Shown: positions 19,582 through 29,929 of the stretch, piece by piece
How positions within the stretch are numbered: the first letter of the stretch is position 1
How the letters are laid out: the number at the start of each line of letters is the position of its first letter
Source of the DNA: Actinomycetota bacterium
GTDB lineage: Bacteria > Actinomycetota > Actinomycetes > S36-B12 > UBA5976
Direction: 5' to 3'
Length of the DNA stretch: 64,000 nt
Assembly (NCBI GenBank): GCA_947452755.1
Contig: CANGDT010000004.1
Location: forward strand, 454 to 64,453
The notes under the pieces: generated by a model
The model's database searches: none
Seen by the model: the letters and a program-made list of their open reading frames with translations, nothing else
Told to the model about the DNA's origin: nothing
Translations under genes and position numbers: made by a program

Positions 19582-20364
19582 TTAGTGGCTGAGTATCGCA
19601 GCGAGGATTGGTGCTATCAATAGGGAAGGCAGCATGTTGCCAACTGGAACCATGCGTATCTTCAGAAGACGAAGGCTGATGCCGACCAACAAAATTCCAC
19701 CAGTGACAGTCAAAATATCAATTTGTGTTTCGCTCATGAAGTTACCAAGAAATACACCCAGCAATGTAAAGGCGCCCTGAACCACGGCAATTGAGATTGC
19801 TGATGCTGCAACACCCCAACCCAAGGATGCGGCAAATGCGATTGACGCAAAGAAATCCAGTGTTGATTTCAACACTAATTGTTGGTTTCCAAGCCCGAGT
19901 CCGTCGTTTATGGAACCCAAAATTGCTAGAGGACCGATGCAAAAAAGAAGTGATGCCGCCACGAAGCCCTCGGTGAACGTTGAGTTGCTCGACTTGTCAA
20001 AGCGAGCGCGTAGCGAATCTCCAAATGTTTCTAGCCGATCTTCAATGTGCAGCAGAGTGCCGATAATTCCGCCGCCGACAACGCTCGCCAACACAATTAA
20101 GACCGGAGCACCTGCACTGAGGTGTTGATCCAGTGATGGGGAAGTGATAGACGCCAAAGACAATGCAGCTACAAGACCTGTTATGAGGCCGAGCCCGTCG
20201 GTCACCACGCTACGCACTTCGTCATTGATCTTATTTGCGATAGTGACGCCAACAGCAGTACCAATAAGTACCGCAACCACATTGATGACCGTACCTGAAC
20301 CAATGAAACCAGCAGTTTTGTCGCTAGACGGAGGGATTGAGGCGGCAAGTGCAGCAAAAGTCAT
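19582..20364 (-). CDS. DUF554-family integral membrane protein
   Basis: 260 aa, multi-pass hydrophobic. The GTVINVVAVLIGTAVG N-terminal pattern resembles the YdfK/DUF554 family. Function unknown. Confidence 0.75.
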   Translation of the reverse strand: MTFAALAASIPPSSDKTAGFIGSGTVINVVAVLIGTAVGVTIANKINDEVRSVVTDGLGLITGLVAALSLASITSPSLDQHLSAGAPVLIVLASVVGGGIIGTLLHIEDRLETFGDSLRARFDKSSNSTFTEGFVAASLLFCIGPLAILGSINDGLGLGNQQLVLKSTLDFFASIAFAASLGWGVAASAISIAVVQGAFTLLGVFLGNFMSETQIDILTVTGGILLVGISLRLLKIRMVPVGNMLPSLLIAPILAAILSH

Positions 20365-20495
20365 AAGCCCACACTAGGGGCAAATGTGCCCGGCGCCGCC
20401 CGCGAAACAATGGGTTTCTGGGTCACACATGTCACTCGAGTCACACCTTGGGGATTCAGGTGGTGCGCGTGCAACGCTGGGCGTAATCTGCACAC

Positions 20496-21038
20496 ATGGC
20501 AATTCAGATTCGCGAAGCGGCAACCGATGACCTCGTTGAACTTATGCCGTTATGGGATGAAATCAAAGGCGACAATCCAACGCTAGAAGTCGAACTTCTG
20601 ATCTCACGAATTGAACTTTCAACAAAGTCAGATACATTCCGCATGATGATTGCCTGGGAAGGTCCACGCGCAGTCGGTGTCGGTTTCGTGTCGCTCGTTG
20701 ATGCTGGCACCTGGGCAGACAGCCCTAGTGTTCAAGTAAGTGGAATCCATGTACTACATCGTGCACGTCACCGTGGAGTGGCCAAAGCACTCCTCAATGC
20801 CGCCATGCTTTACGCCGATCGTTGGGGATGCAGCAACATAGTCGCCGCCGTACCGCCAACCGAACGTGAAGCCAACAGATTCTTTGCCCGGCTAGGCTTC
20901 GCGCCAATCTCAACACGTCGAGCCACGGAAGTAGCAGCCCTCCGGAAGAAAATCTCTGGAGAATCAAGCCGCATCATCGCAGCCCGCAAACGCCGCCGCC
21001 CACACACCGAGCCAGGGTCATCATCGCTCGCTAGCTAA
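20496..21038 (+). CDS. GNAT-family N-acetyltransferase
   Basis: 180 aa. Acetyl-CoA binding motif HRARHRGVAKALL and C-terminal FFARLGF pattern. Basic C-terminal tail. Confidence 0.8.
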   Translation: MAIQIREAATDDLVELMPLWDEIKGDNPTLEVELLISRIELSTKSDTFRMMIAWEGPRAVGVGFVSLVDAGTWADSPSVQVSGIHVLHRARHRGVAKALLNAAMLYADRWGCSNIVAAVPPTEREANRFFARLGFAPISTRRATEVAALRKKISGESSRIIAARKRRRPHTEPGSSSLAS

Positions 21039-21149
21039 TTATCTCTGAATTTATTGCCGCGATAACTTTCAGGTATCTCTGAACTTATTGCCGCGATAAC
21101 TTTCAGTTATCTCTGAATTTATTGCCGCGATAACTTTCAGTTATCGCGG
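21039..21149. repeat. Tandem repeat, 34 bp x 3 (ttatctctgaatttattgccgcgataactttcag), plus a 9-bp inverted partner inside the thioesterase gene
   Basis: Copies at 21039-21072, 21073-21106 (32/34) and 21107-21140 (identical to copy 1). ccgcgataa in copy 3 pairs with ttatcgcgg at 21141-21149. Confidence 0.9.
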
Positions 21150-21550
21150 AGCAAGCAACTCAACCGTGAAGTACACAACAACTTCCCTCGCTCATCAGTT
21201 ACCAAAATTTCGTAAACGGCTAAAGTGCGCCCAATACTCAATGCACGAGCCGTGCCCGTCACAGTGCCTTCAGTTGCACTTCGATGATGCGTGCCATTGA
21301 TCTCAATTCCCACCGCATGACGTTCGGGTCCAGCCGCAATGTTGGCAGCTATCGAACCAAGAGTTTCGGCCAAAGCCAGCGATGCACCACCGTTCAAAAG
21401 TCCGAATGGTTGGGTATTACCTGCCACTGGCATAGTCCCGACAACTTCCTTGGCAGTGGCCGAGAGCAGCGAAATCCCCATACGTTCGGCCATGTCGCCA
21501 AGTGGAATCGATGCGACGTCGAGGTCGTCTGGGTACTGCTGGTCAGCCAT
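21137..21550 (-). CDS. PaaI/YbdB-family hotdog-fold thioesterase
   Basis: 137 aa. Motif N..G.L.GGASLALAET.GS is typical of PaaI-type thioesterases. Confidence 0.85.
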   Translation of the reverse strand: MADQQYPDDLDVASIPLGDMAERMGISLLSATAKEVVGTMPVAGNTQPFGLLNGGASLALAETLGSIAANIAAGPERHAVGIEINGTHHRSATEGTVTGTARALSIGRTLAVYEILVTDERGKLLCTSRLSCLLRDN

Positions 21551-21620
21551 GCGAATGCCTTTCGTTGCTGTAGGGAGCCTACCCGTGTCAGTCGTCAGCG
21601 GCGCGCTCTAGTATCAACGT

Positions 21621-24296
21621 GTGGCCGATAACAACGACTTTTTAATCCTAGATGGACACTCGTTGGCCTACCGTGCCTTTCATGCTTTGCCGGTCGAAAA
21701 CTTCGCCACATCGTCGGGCCAGCACACCAATGCGGTCTATGGATTCATGTCCATGTTGATTGGGGTTCTCAAAGACCGTCAGCCGTCACACATTGCTGTT
21801 GCCTTTGATCTTTCCCGCGATACGTTTCGCAGCCGTCGATATCCTGAGTACAAGGCCGGTCGCGCTAAGACGCCACCTGAGTTCAAGGGTCAAGTCGAAA
21901 TCATCAAACAGATTCTTGAGGCGCTTAATATTCCGGTGCTGACAGCCGAAGGTTTTGAAGCTGACGACATTTTGTCCACACTTTCTCAGGCAGTCAATGT
22001 GCCAGTGCACATCGTTACTGGTGACCGTGACTGTTTTCAGCTCGTGAACGAACGTGTAACTGTGCTGTATCCGAAAAAGGGCATGTCTGACCTTGCGCTG
22101 ATGACACCTGAGGCGATTACAGAGAAGTATGGAGTTCCACCGGGCCGTTACCGCGATCTAGCTGCAATGGTTGGTGAGACCAGTGACAATTTGCCAGGCA
22201 TTCCGGGTGTAGGTCCTAAGACTGCGGCCAAATGGATTGATCTGCATGGAAGCCTTGAGGCAATTCTGGCAAATCAAGGAAGCATCACTGGAAAAGTTGG
22301 TGAAGCGCTGAGGGAACATGCTGGGCAGGTTCAAGAAAATTATGAATTGAACTTGCTCGTTCCGGACGCGCCTGTTGAAACAGCACTCGAACTGTATGTG
22401 CGTCATGACTATGACGCCTCGAGAATACATGAAATTTTTGATGGTTTGGAATTCGCATCACTGCGCCCGCGCCTATTACAGGCCTGGCCATCTGGCTCTG
22501 GACAGTCCGAACTAGAACTCGTTGAAGCCATTTCCAATTCAACATTTGAAGTGGCCACTTCGCTGGTTGATTCGATCGGTATGGACAAGTGGCTCAAAGC
22601 ACATCCCAAGGATGCAATTGCTGTCGCCTTCAGTGGGACCTGGGGACGAGGAACAGGTTCAGTCAGTGCCGTGGCTTTGGTCGCGCAGGATGGTTCATCT
22701 GTATGGTCGCCTTTTGACGCAGCACAGCCGGCACTGAATGAGTGGCTCCAAGGAGATCAATCGAAGTTGATCCACAACGCCAAAGGTGTTTTTGGCGCAC
22801 TTGAAGTTCTTGGTGTTCGGGTGAATGGATTAATGATGGATACCGCGATTGCTGCGTATGTCTTATCACCAGGCGGACGAGATTTTGAATTAGCCGAACT
22901 GGCCCAGCGCTACCTGAAGAAGTCTCTTGACGTAGAAGGCGCTCAAGAAAGTGCACAGTTGTCGCTTGATGGTTCCAGCGAAGTATCAGGCGATGCTTTG
23001 GCGCAAGCGGCCCGAGCAACTTTAGATCTTGCAGATTTCTTTACCGCCGAGCTTTCCGCAAAAGGTGGTGCTGAACTTCTTGCAAACGTTGAAGTCCCTT
23101 TGGTTTCTATGTTGGCGCGAATGGAAGTTACCGGCATTGCGGTTGATAGGGCAGCGCTGGAAAAACTCGAAACCACTTTTGATGATGATGCCAATGCGGC
23201 TGTGAAACAGGCACATGCTTCCGTTGGGCATGAGTTCAACTTAGGTTCGCCGAAGCAGTTGCAGGAAGTGTTGTTTGAAGAACGCGGTCTTCCGAAGACT
23301 AAGAAGATCAAGACGGGATATACGACCGATGCTGAATCACTTCAGGGTCTGCTCGCAAAATTTCCTGATGATGAATTACTCGTGGCACTCCTGCGTTATC
23401 GCGAAGTCACAAAGTTGCGCCAGACCATCACTGGACTGATTGCGAGCATTGGTGTCGATGGTCGTATTCATACGACCTTCAACCAGATGGTCGCTGCAAC
23501 CGGGCGTCTATCCAGTACAGATCCGAATCTGCAAAATATTCCAGTACGTACACAAGAAGGCGTCCAGATTCGAAACACTTTCGTAGTTGGTGACGGATAC
23601 GAAACTTTGTTGACCGCCGATTACAGCCAGATTGAATTGCGTGTCATGGCCCATGTGTCGCAAGACAAGGGGCTCATCGAAGCGCTGAAGTCTGGGGAAG
23701 ACTTGCATACGACTGTAGGCGCGCAAGTTTTTGGTGTCGAGACAAAAGACGTAAACAGTGACATGCGACGACAAATCAAAGCAATGTCGTACGGTCTCGC
23801 GTACGGGTTGTCCGCGTATGGCCTTGCGCAGCAACTCGGTATCAGCAATGGGGATGCCCAAGGACTAATGAACACCTATTTTGAAAGATTTGGTGGCATC
23901 CGCGACTATCTAGCCAATGTTGTTGCCGAAGCGCGCAAAGTGGGTTACACCGAATCAATCATGGGCCGTCGTCGTTATCTGCCTGATCTGAACAGCGACA
24001 ACCGACAACTACGTGACATGGCCGAGAGGATGGCACTGAATGCGCCGATCCAGGGTTCGGCTGCTGACATCGTGAAAGTGGCCATGCTCAACGTCGGTAA
24101 GGCCCTGGATGACGGGATGTTCGCCTCTCGTGTGCTGTTGCAGGTCCACGACGAACTCGTCGTCGAAGTTGCCCCTGGCGAGCTGGAACGGGTCACTGAG
24201 TTGGTGAAATTTCAAATGGAAAATGCGGTCGAATTGTCTGTGCCCATGGATGTTTCGGTTGGAACGGGTCATTCGTGGGCTGAAGCAGCCCATTAA
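21621..24296 (+). CDS. polA: DNA polymerase I
   Basis: GTG start, 891 aa. 5'-3' exonuclease N-terminus (LILDGHSLAYRAFHAL), polymerase motifs DYSQIELRVMAH and QVHDELVVE. Confidence 0.97.
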   Translation: MADNNDFLILDGHSLAYRAFHALPVENFATSSGQHTNAVYGFMSMLIGVLKDRQPSHIAVAFDLSRDTFRSRRYPEYKAGRAKTPPEFKGQVEIIKQILEALNIPVLTAEGFEADDILSTLSQAVNVPVHIVTGDRDCFQLVNERVTVLYPKKGMSDLALMTPEAITEKYGVPPGRYRDLAAMVGETSDNLPGIPGVGPKTAAKWIDLHGSLEAILANQGSITGKVGEALREHAGQVQENYELNLLVPDAPVETALELYVRHDYDASRIHEIFDGLEFASLRPRLLQAWPSGSGQSELELVEAISNSTFEVATSLVDSIGMDKWLKAHPKDAIAVAFSGTWGRGTGSVSAVALVAQDGSSVWSPFDAAQPALNEWLQGDQSKLIHNAKGVFGALEVLGVRVNGLMMDTAIAAYVLSPGGRDFELAELAQRYLKKSLDVEGAQESAQLSLDGSSEVSGDALAQAARATLDLADFFTAELSAKGGAELLANVEVPLVSMLARMEVTGIAVDRAALEKLETTFDDDANAAVKQAHASVGHEFNLGSPKQLQEVLFEERGLPKTKKIKTGYTTDAESLQGLLAKFPDDELLVALLRYREVTKLRQTITGLIASIGVDGRIHTTFNQMVAATGRLSSTDPNLQNIPVRTQEGVQIRNTFVVGDGYETLLTADYSQIELRVMAHVSQDKGLIEALKSGEDLHTTVGAQVFGVETKDVNSDMRRQIKAMSYGLAYGLSAYGLAQQLGISNGDAQGLMNTYFERFGGIRDYLANVVAEARKVGYTESIMGRRRYLPDLNSDNRQLRDMAERMALNAPIQGSAADIVKVAMLNVGKALDDGMFASRVLLQVHDELVVEVAPGELERVTELVKFQMENAVELSVPMDVSVGTGHSWAEAAH

Positions 24297-24332
24297 CCCA
24301 CATAAATCGCCGTATTTGGCTATTTTTCGCTT

Positions 24333-24361
24333 TTGACCCGACGGCTGTGGATGCCTATTCT
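24333..24361 (+). promoter_or_regulatory. Candidate sigma-70-type promoter for rpsA (TTGACC-N17-TATTCT)
   Basis: The hexamers and the 17-nt spacing were counted directly. It would give a leader of roughly 110 nt. There is no experimental support. Confidence 0.35.
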
Positions 24362-24478
24362 TAGAAGGTTGCTTTTCGCCAGTTTCTGGACATAGAGAAG
24401 TCTGGCCCACTTAAGAAATTTTGTGGAAAAGAAACGCAACATCCGTTCTATTTCTATTCGTTTTGAGGCATTTAATTA

Positions 24479-25936
24479 ATGACTGTCACTTCTGACACCA
24501 GCCGTGTAATTACCGTCGATGACATTGGCTCAGCTGAGGATTTCCTCGCTGCAATCGACGCAACAATCAAGCCATTCAATGATGGTGACATCGTAGAAGG
24601 AATCGTCGTCCAGGTTGACCGCGATGAAGTTCTACTCGATATCGGTTACAAGACCGAAGGCATCATCCCTTCACGCGAACTCAGCATCAAACATGATGTT
24701 GATCCAAATGAAGTCGTCGCCGTTGGTGACGTAGTCGAAGCCCTTGTCCTCCAGAAGGAAGACAAAGAAGGCCGTCTCATTCTTTCCAAGAAGCGCGCAC
24801 AGTACGAACGTGCATGGGGCTCAATTGAAAAGATCAAGGAAGAAGATGGTGTCGTTACCGGTACCGTTATCGAAGTTGTCAAGGGTGGTCTCATCATGGA
24901 CATCGGACTTCGTGGATTCCTTCCAGCATCTTTGGTTGAAATGCGCCGCGTACGCGACCTTGGTCCATACATTGGCAAGCAAATCGAAGCCAAAATTATT
25001 GAACTCGACAAGAACCGCAACAACGTAGTTCTTTCACGTCGTGCTTACCTAGAGCAGTCGCAGAGCGCAGTGCGCCACGGCTTCTTGAACCAGCTTGAAA
25101 AGGGACAGATCCGCAAGGGTGTTGTCTCCAGCATCGTTAACTTCGGTGCTTTCGTTGACCTTGGTGGCGTAGATGGTCTTGTTCACGTTTCCGAATTGTC
25201 ATGGGAACACGTTGACCACCCATCAAAGGTTGTTGAAGTCGGACAAGAAGTTACCGTTGAAGTTCTTGATGTTGACTTCGATCGCGAACGCGTTTCGTTG
25301 TCGCTCAAGTCAACTCAGGAAGATCCTTGGCAGCACTTCGCACGCACCCATCAGATGGGTCAAGTTGTGCCAGGTGAAGTTACCAAGCTCGTTCCATTCG
25401 GTGCATTCGTTCGCGTAAGCGATGGCATTGAAGGTTTGGTTCACATTTCCGAACTTGCTGGTCGTCACGTTGAAATTCCAGAGCAAGTTGTTCAGGTTGG
25501 CGATTCGGTGTTCGTTAAGGTCATCGACATTGACCTTGAGCGTCGCCGTATTTCGTTGTCGCTCAAGCAGGCAAATGAAGATGTTGATGCTGGCGAAGAC
25601 GACAACTTCGATGCTTCGCTGTACGGCATGAACCAGTACGACGAAAACGGAAACTACATCTACCCAGAAGGCTTCGACCCAGACACCAATGAATGGTTGC
25701 CAGGTCACGAAGAGAAGAAGGCAGATTGGGAACGCCAGTATGCAGAGGCTCACGCAAAGTGGCTTGCACACAAGGCTCAGGTTGAAGAATCAAAGAAGGC
25801 TGACGCAGATGCAGCAGTGAACTCCGATTCTCCTACGTCGTACACCAGCGAAGATGCATCAGCGGGAACGCTTGCTGATGATGAAGCGCTGACAGCACTT
25901 CGTGAATCACTTGGTGGCGCACCAGCCGCTGAGTAA
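24479..25936 (+). CDS. rpsA: 30S ribosomal protein S1
   Basis: 485 aa. Four S1 repeats (for example GAFVDLGGVDGLVHVSEL, GAFVRVSDGIEGLVHISEL). Acidic C-terminal tail. Confidence 0.97.
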   Translation: MTVTSDTSRVITVDDIGSAEDFLAAIDATIKPFNDGDIVEGIVVQVDRDEVLLDIGYKTEGIIPSRELSIKHDVDPNEVVAVGDVVEALVLQKEDKEGRLILSKKRAQYERAWGSIEKIKEEDGVVTGTVIEVVKGGLIMDIGLRGFLPASLVEMRRVRDLGPYIGKQIEAKIIELDKNRNNVVLSRRAYLEQSQSAVRHGFLNQLEKGQIRKGVVSSIVNFGAFVDLGGVDGLVHVSELSWEHVDHPSKVVEVGQEVTVEVLDVDFDRERVSLSLKSTQEDPWQHFARTHQMGQVVPGEVTKLVPFGAFVRVSDGIEGLVHISELAGRHVEIPEQVVQVGDSVFVKVIDIDLERRRISLSLKQANEDVDAGEDDNFDASLYGMNQYDENGNYIYPEGFDPDTNEWLPGHEEKKADWERQYAEAHAKWLAHKAQVEESKKADADAAVNSDSPTSYTSEDASAGTLADDEALTALRESLGGAPAAE

Positions 25937-25951
25937 TCAGTAATTATTTAT

Positions 25952-25990
25952 GTGGGCGTGGACTTTTGGTCCGCGCCCACATTTATTTTG
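25952..25990 (+). terminator. Intrinsic terminator after rpsA
   Basis: 12-bp stem gtgggcgtggac / gtccgcgcccac (one G-U pair), loop ttttg, followed by atttattttg. Confidence 0.7.
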
Positions 25991-26034
25991 TCTGCTACCT
26001 GAACGCATTGAGACGTAGCCAATAGGCTGAATGG

Positions 26035-26628
26035 GTGTACGTAGGAATCACTGGTGGCATCGGCTCAGGTAAAACAACTGTGGCAGATCTCTTTGCTGAG
26101 AACTTTTCTGAAGCGGGTGCGGTTGTTGTGCATGCAGATGAACTCGCTCACCAGGTGCTTGCTGTTGGAAGCCCTCTTATTCCAGAAGTTGCCCGCGCAT
26201 TTGGGGTTGAGCTGGTCGATGATGCGGGCGTGCTGAATCGTCGCGCGTTGGGAAACATTGTGTTTGCCAGTCCAAGCAAGCTTAAGGTTCTGGAGAGCTT
26301 GGTGCATCCGGAAGTTGCGCGCCTTGCTCGGTTAGCTCGCGATCAAGCGCCTTCAGGTTCCGTTGTTTTTTACGATGTCCCGCTTCTCGTTGAAAAGAAC
26401 ATGCATGAACAGTTCGACCAGATACTGGTCGTCGAGTCTCCGATGGACTTGCGACGCGAGCGCCTAATTCGCCGTGGCCTAACTCTCGATGAGATTGACG
26501 GACGCGTTGGTGCACAGGCAACCGATTTGGAGCGCCGAGCGATTGCTGATTTTGTCATTGTCAACGATGCTGGACTAGATCGGCTTGCCGACCAAGTCCG
26601 TAATGTGTGGGCTGCGCTTTCCGCGTAG
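26035..26628 (+). CDS. coaE: Dephospho-CoA kinase
   Basis: GTG start, 197 aa. P-loop [12 protein letters not shown]. Single-domain form with no extra C-terminal domain. Confidence 0.9.
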   Translation: MYVGITGGIGSGKTTVADLFAENFSEAGAVVVHADELAHQVLAVGSPLIPEVARAFGVELVDDAGVLNRRALGNIVFASPSKLKVLESLVHPEVARLARLARDQAPSGSVVFYDVPLLVEKNMHEQFDQILVVESPMDLRRERLIRRGLTLDEIDGRVGAQATDLERRAIADFVIVNDAGLDRLADQVRNVWAALSA

Positions 26629-26638
26629 TCTAAAAGGT

Positions 26639-28714
26639 ATGCCTCGCCCGATTACTGACCTTCAGCGCACGGTTGCGCCTTTTGAGGTCATCAGCGAGTA
26701 CCAGCCTGCTGGAGACCAGCCGGCGGCCATCAAGGAGATTACTCGTCGTATCCATGCGGGCGAACAAGATATCGTCCTGCTGGGTGCCACTGGTACTGGA
26801 AAGTCAGCCACAACTGCTTGGCTTATTGAAAAATTGCAGCGTCCAACACTCGTTCTTGCACCCAATAAAACGTTGGCTGCACAGTTGGCAAACGAATTTC
26901 GCGAGTTACTTCCAAATAATGCTGTTGAATATTTCGTTTCGTACTACGACTATTACCAGCCAGAGGCTTACATCCCGCAAAGCGATACTTTCATCGAAAA
27001 AGATTCCTCCGTCAACGAAGAGGTCGAACGATTACGTCATAGTGCAACTAACAGTTTGCTCACTAGGCGTGACGTGATTGTTGTGGCAAGCGTGTCCTGC
27101 ATTTACGGTTTGGGTACCCCGCAGGAATACGTAGACCGAATGATTCAATTGCGAATTGGTCAAACCATTGATCGTGATTCGTTGTTGCGCCGACTCGTTG
27201 ATATTCAATACACGAGAAATGACATCGCATTCACGCGTGGAACATTCCGAGTGAGGGGAGACACGGTCGAGATTTACCCTGTCTATGAGGAACACCCCGT
27301 TCGGGTTGAAATGTTCGGCGATGAAATTGATCGGCTGATGTCACTTCATCCTGTTACTGGCGAGATATTGACTGACGATTCTGAACTCTACATTTTTCCT
27401 GCTTCTCATTACACGGCTGGTCCAGAACGTATGAACAAAGCGATTGAGGCAATTGAAGATGAGTTACGGGAGCGTCTTGGCGAGATGGAAGCCCAAGGAA
27501 AACTTCTCGAGGCTCAACGCATCAAGATGCGCACTGCATATGACATAGAAATGATGCAGAACCTTGGCTTCTGTTCTGGCATCGAGAATTATTCACGCCA
27601 CATTGATGGTCGTGAAGCCGGATCCGCTCCAAACTGCCTATTGGACTATTTCCCCGAAGACTTCCTATTGGTCATCGACGAGAGCCACGTCACCGTTCCG
27701 CAGATCGGTGCAATGTACGAGGGGGACGCTTCGCGTAAGCGCACCTTGGTGGAACACGGATTCCGGCTCCCAAGCGCCATGGACAATCGGCCGTTGAAGT
27801 GGCCAGAGTTTCTTGATCGAGTAGGACAGACCGTTTATCTGTCAGCAACACCTGGAAAATACGAATTGGAAAAAGTTCACGGCGATGTAGTCGAGCAGGT
27901 AATCCGCCCAACAGGATTGGTTGATCCGGAAATCATTGTAAAGCCGACGCAAGGACAGATTGATGACTTGATTCACGAGATTCGACTGCGGGTTGCAAAT
28001 AACACTCGCGTTCTCGTGACAACCTTGACTAAGAAGATGTCTGAAGATTTAACGGATTATCTTTTGGAACAAGGCATTCGCGTCCGTTACCTGCATTCAG
28101 AGGTCGACACACTTCGGCGAATTGAATTGCTTCGCGAACTTCGGCTAGGTGAGTACGACGTGCTTGTTGGTATCAACTTGCTACGTGAAGGTCTGGATTT
28201 GCCGGAAGTTTCACTGGTAGCAATTCTCGATGCTGACAAAGAAGGCTTTTTGCGTAGCGAACGTAGTCTTATTCAGACAATCGGGCGTGCTGCCCGAAAC
28301 GTATCGGGCCAGGTGCACATGTACGCCGATCGAATTACCGACTCGATGCGTGTTGCTATCGATGAGACCAATCGCCGACGGGCAAAGCAAATTGCGTACA
28401 ACGTGGCTCATGGTGTGGATCCGCAGCCACTGCGAAAGAAGATCGCCGATATCACTGACATGATTTCGCGAGAAGATTCCGATACTGCCGAATTCATGGG
28501 TTCCACAAAGTTGCCTAAGCACTTGCCCGTTGGCGCGCGAGAATCCTTGAAATCCATCCCTGCGCGCGATTTGGCAGACCTGATAGAGCAGCTGTCTGAA
28601 CAGATGCATACCGCGGCGAGCGAACTTCAATTCGAATTGGCTGCTCGCTTGCGAGATGAAGTGTCTGAGTTGAAGAAAGAGCTGCGCCAAATGAGTCAGG
28701 CTGGCCACGCTTAA
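26639..28714 (+). CDS. uvrB: Excinuclease ABC subunit B
   Basis: Trimmed to the ATG at 26639, just after the coaE stop. 691 aa. [18 protein letters not shown] and a C-terminal UVR domain ([10 protein letters not shown]). Confidence 0.97.
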   Translation: MPRPITDLQRTVAPFEVISEYQPAGDQPAAIKEITRRIHAGEQDIVLLGATGTGKSATTAWLIEKLQRPTLVLAPNKTLAAQLANEFRELLPNNAVEYFVSYYDYYQPEAYIPQSDTFIEKDSSVNEEVERLRHSATNSLLTRRDVIVVASVSCIYGLGTPQEYVDRMIQLRIGQTIDRDSLLRRLVDIQYTRNDIAFTRGTFRVRGDTVEIYPVYEEHPVRVEMFGDEIDRLMSLHPVTGEILTDDSELYIFPASHYTAGPERMNKAIEAIEDELRERLGEMEAQGKLLEAQRIKMRTAYDIEMMQNLGFCSGIENYSRHIDGREAGSAPNCLLDYFPEDFLLVIDESHVTVPQIGAMYEGDASRKRTLVEHGFRLPSAMDNRPLKWPEFLDRVGQTVYLSATPGKYELEKVHGDVVEQVIRPTGLVDPEIIVKPTQGQIDDLIHEIRLRVANNTRVLVTTLTKKMSEDLTDYLLEQGIRVRYLHSEVDTLRRIELLRELRLGEYDVLVGINLLREGLDLPEVSLVAILDADKEGFLRSERSLIQTIGRAARNVSGQVHMYADRITDSMRVAIDETNRRRAKQIAYNVAHGVDPQPLRKKIADITDMISREDSDTAEFMGSTKLPKHLPVGARESLKSIPARDLADLIEQLSEQMHTAASELQFELAARLRDEVSELKKELRQMSQAGHA

Positions 28715-28757
28715 AATAGAGTAGAAAAGCTCCCGGTAATTCAGGAATCTAGGAAAT

Positions 28758-29816
28758 GTGAGGTGGCTCGTGGTTGTATCGTCAACTTTGTGGATGGCCA
28801 CCATCGGGCTATTTGTCGCGCTGTTCGTCATCGATTTCGTCTTTGCTGATGTTCGCAGTTCGCACTTTGGGCACCGAAACGCGTTGATCTGGGTCTCAAT
28901 CTATGTTGTAGCAGCAATATTGTTTGGTCTTGGTGTGTGGGCACAGTTTGGCAAAGTTTACGGACAGCAATTCTTTGCTGGGTGGATCACCGAATACAGT
29001 CTGTCGGTCGACAACCTTTTCGTTTTCATTGTGTTGATGGCATCGTTTGCCGTTCCCTCAGATAGTCGACATCGAGTCTTATTATTTGGCGTCACAATCG
29101 CACTGGTCTTGCGAGCAGTTCTGATTTTTATAGGTGCTGCTGCGTTAGAGCGATTTATTGGAACGTATTTTCTCTTTGCGGGTTTTTTGTTTTATACCGC
29201 CATTTCGGTTTGGCGTTCAAAGGATTCAGAACCAAATCCAGACGGAAATTCATTCGTTCGATTAGTTGAACGCATCGCACCTGTTACTCGCGAATATGAC
29301 AATTCCGCATTCATCACCCGGGTCGAGGGTCGACGAATGTGGACGCCGATGTTGTTGGTCGTCATTGCTGTAGGCACCACAGATTTACTGTTTGCGCTCG
29401 ATTCAATTCCGGCAGTGCTTGGCCTCACGCAAGAAACATATCTGGTTGTAGCTGTCAATGCCTTTGCTCTGATGGGGCTTCGTCAGCTGTTCTTCTTGCT
29501 CGATGGATTGCTCAGCAAATTGATTTTCTTGCCCCGCGGTCTATCCGTCATTTTGGGTTTTATTGCGGTCAAGTTGTTTCTTGAGGCACTGGATGCGTTT
29601 GATATTCACGCTCCGCAGGTTTCGACCGGTGCATCACTTGTAGTCATTCTTGGGGTGCTTGCCGTGACAGTGGTGACGAGTCTGCGGGCCGTTAAGGCCG
29701 ATCCGTCACTGATTGCTAGCACTGAAGTGGAGCACGCGCTCAGAGATGCCCAGACCCATGAAGGCGAGGCGCTCAAAAAGCTTGGTGTCAGCGCCGAAGA
29801 CTCGACGAGCTCGTAG
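28758..29816 (+). CDS. TerC-family integral membrane protein
   Basis: 352 aa. TerC signature EYSLSVDNLFVF and a second repeat ALDSIPAV. The start codon choice (GTG 28758) is uncertain. Confidence 0.85.
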   Translation: MRWLVVVSSTLWMATIGLFVALFVIDFVFADVRSSHFGHRNALIWVSIYVVAAILFGLGVWAQFGKVYGQQFFAGWITEYSLSVDNLFVFIVLMASFAVPSDSRHRVLLFGVTIALVLRAVLIFIGAAALERFIGTYFLFAGFLFYTAISVWRSKDSEPNPDGNSFVRLVERIAPVTREYDNSAFITRVEGRRMWTPMLLVVIAVGTTDLLFALDSIPAVLGLTQETYLVVAVNAFALMGLRQLFFLLDGLLSKLIFLPRGLSVILGFIAVKLFLEALDAFDIHAPQVSTGASLVVILGVLAVTVVTSLRAVKADPSLIASTEVEHALRDAQTHEGEALKKLGVSAEDSTSS

Positions 29817-29929
29817 CCAAGTCCTCAAGATGCCCACTGCATGTGCCCCAACTAGCATGGGATTACTTGAGAGTGGCCATCATGGGAATCCCTGTGACAG
29901 CCGAATAATTTTGAATTGGCAGGAGAATT

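Noticed and set aside
20386-20586. 66-aa ORF spanning the DUF554/GNAT spacer and the GNAT start
   Set aside because: It overlaps the GNAT gene in another frame. Its repeat-derived peptide (VTHVTRVT) reflects the GTCAC DNA repeats, and there is no RBS or recognisable family.
21039-21149. Possible CRISPR array, because of regularly repeated 34-mers
   Set aside because: The copies are directly head to tail with no spacers. There are only three copies, no cas genes are in the window, and the unit is tied to the adjacent gene's 3' end.
28715-28757. yybP-ykoY (Mn) riboswitch expected upstream of a TerC-family gene
   Set aside because: The spacer is only 43 bp, which is too short for the roughly 100-nt aptamer, and no conserved elements are recognisable.
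29856-29892. CATGGGA direct repeat and GGGAATCCC palindrome upstream of uvrA, resembling GGGGAAATCCCC at 40608-40619
   Set aside because: The elements are short (7-12 bp) and there are only two loci with no shared context. This is compatible with chance, and no known DNA-damage promoter motif could be matched confidently.
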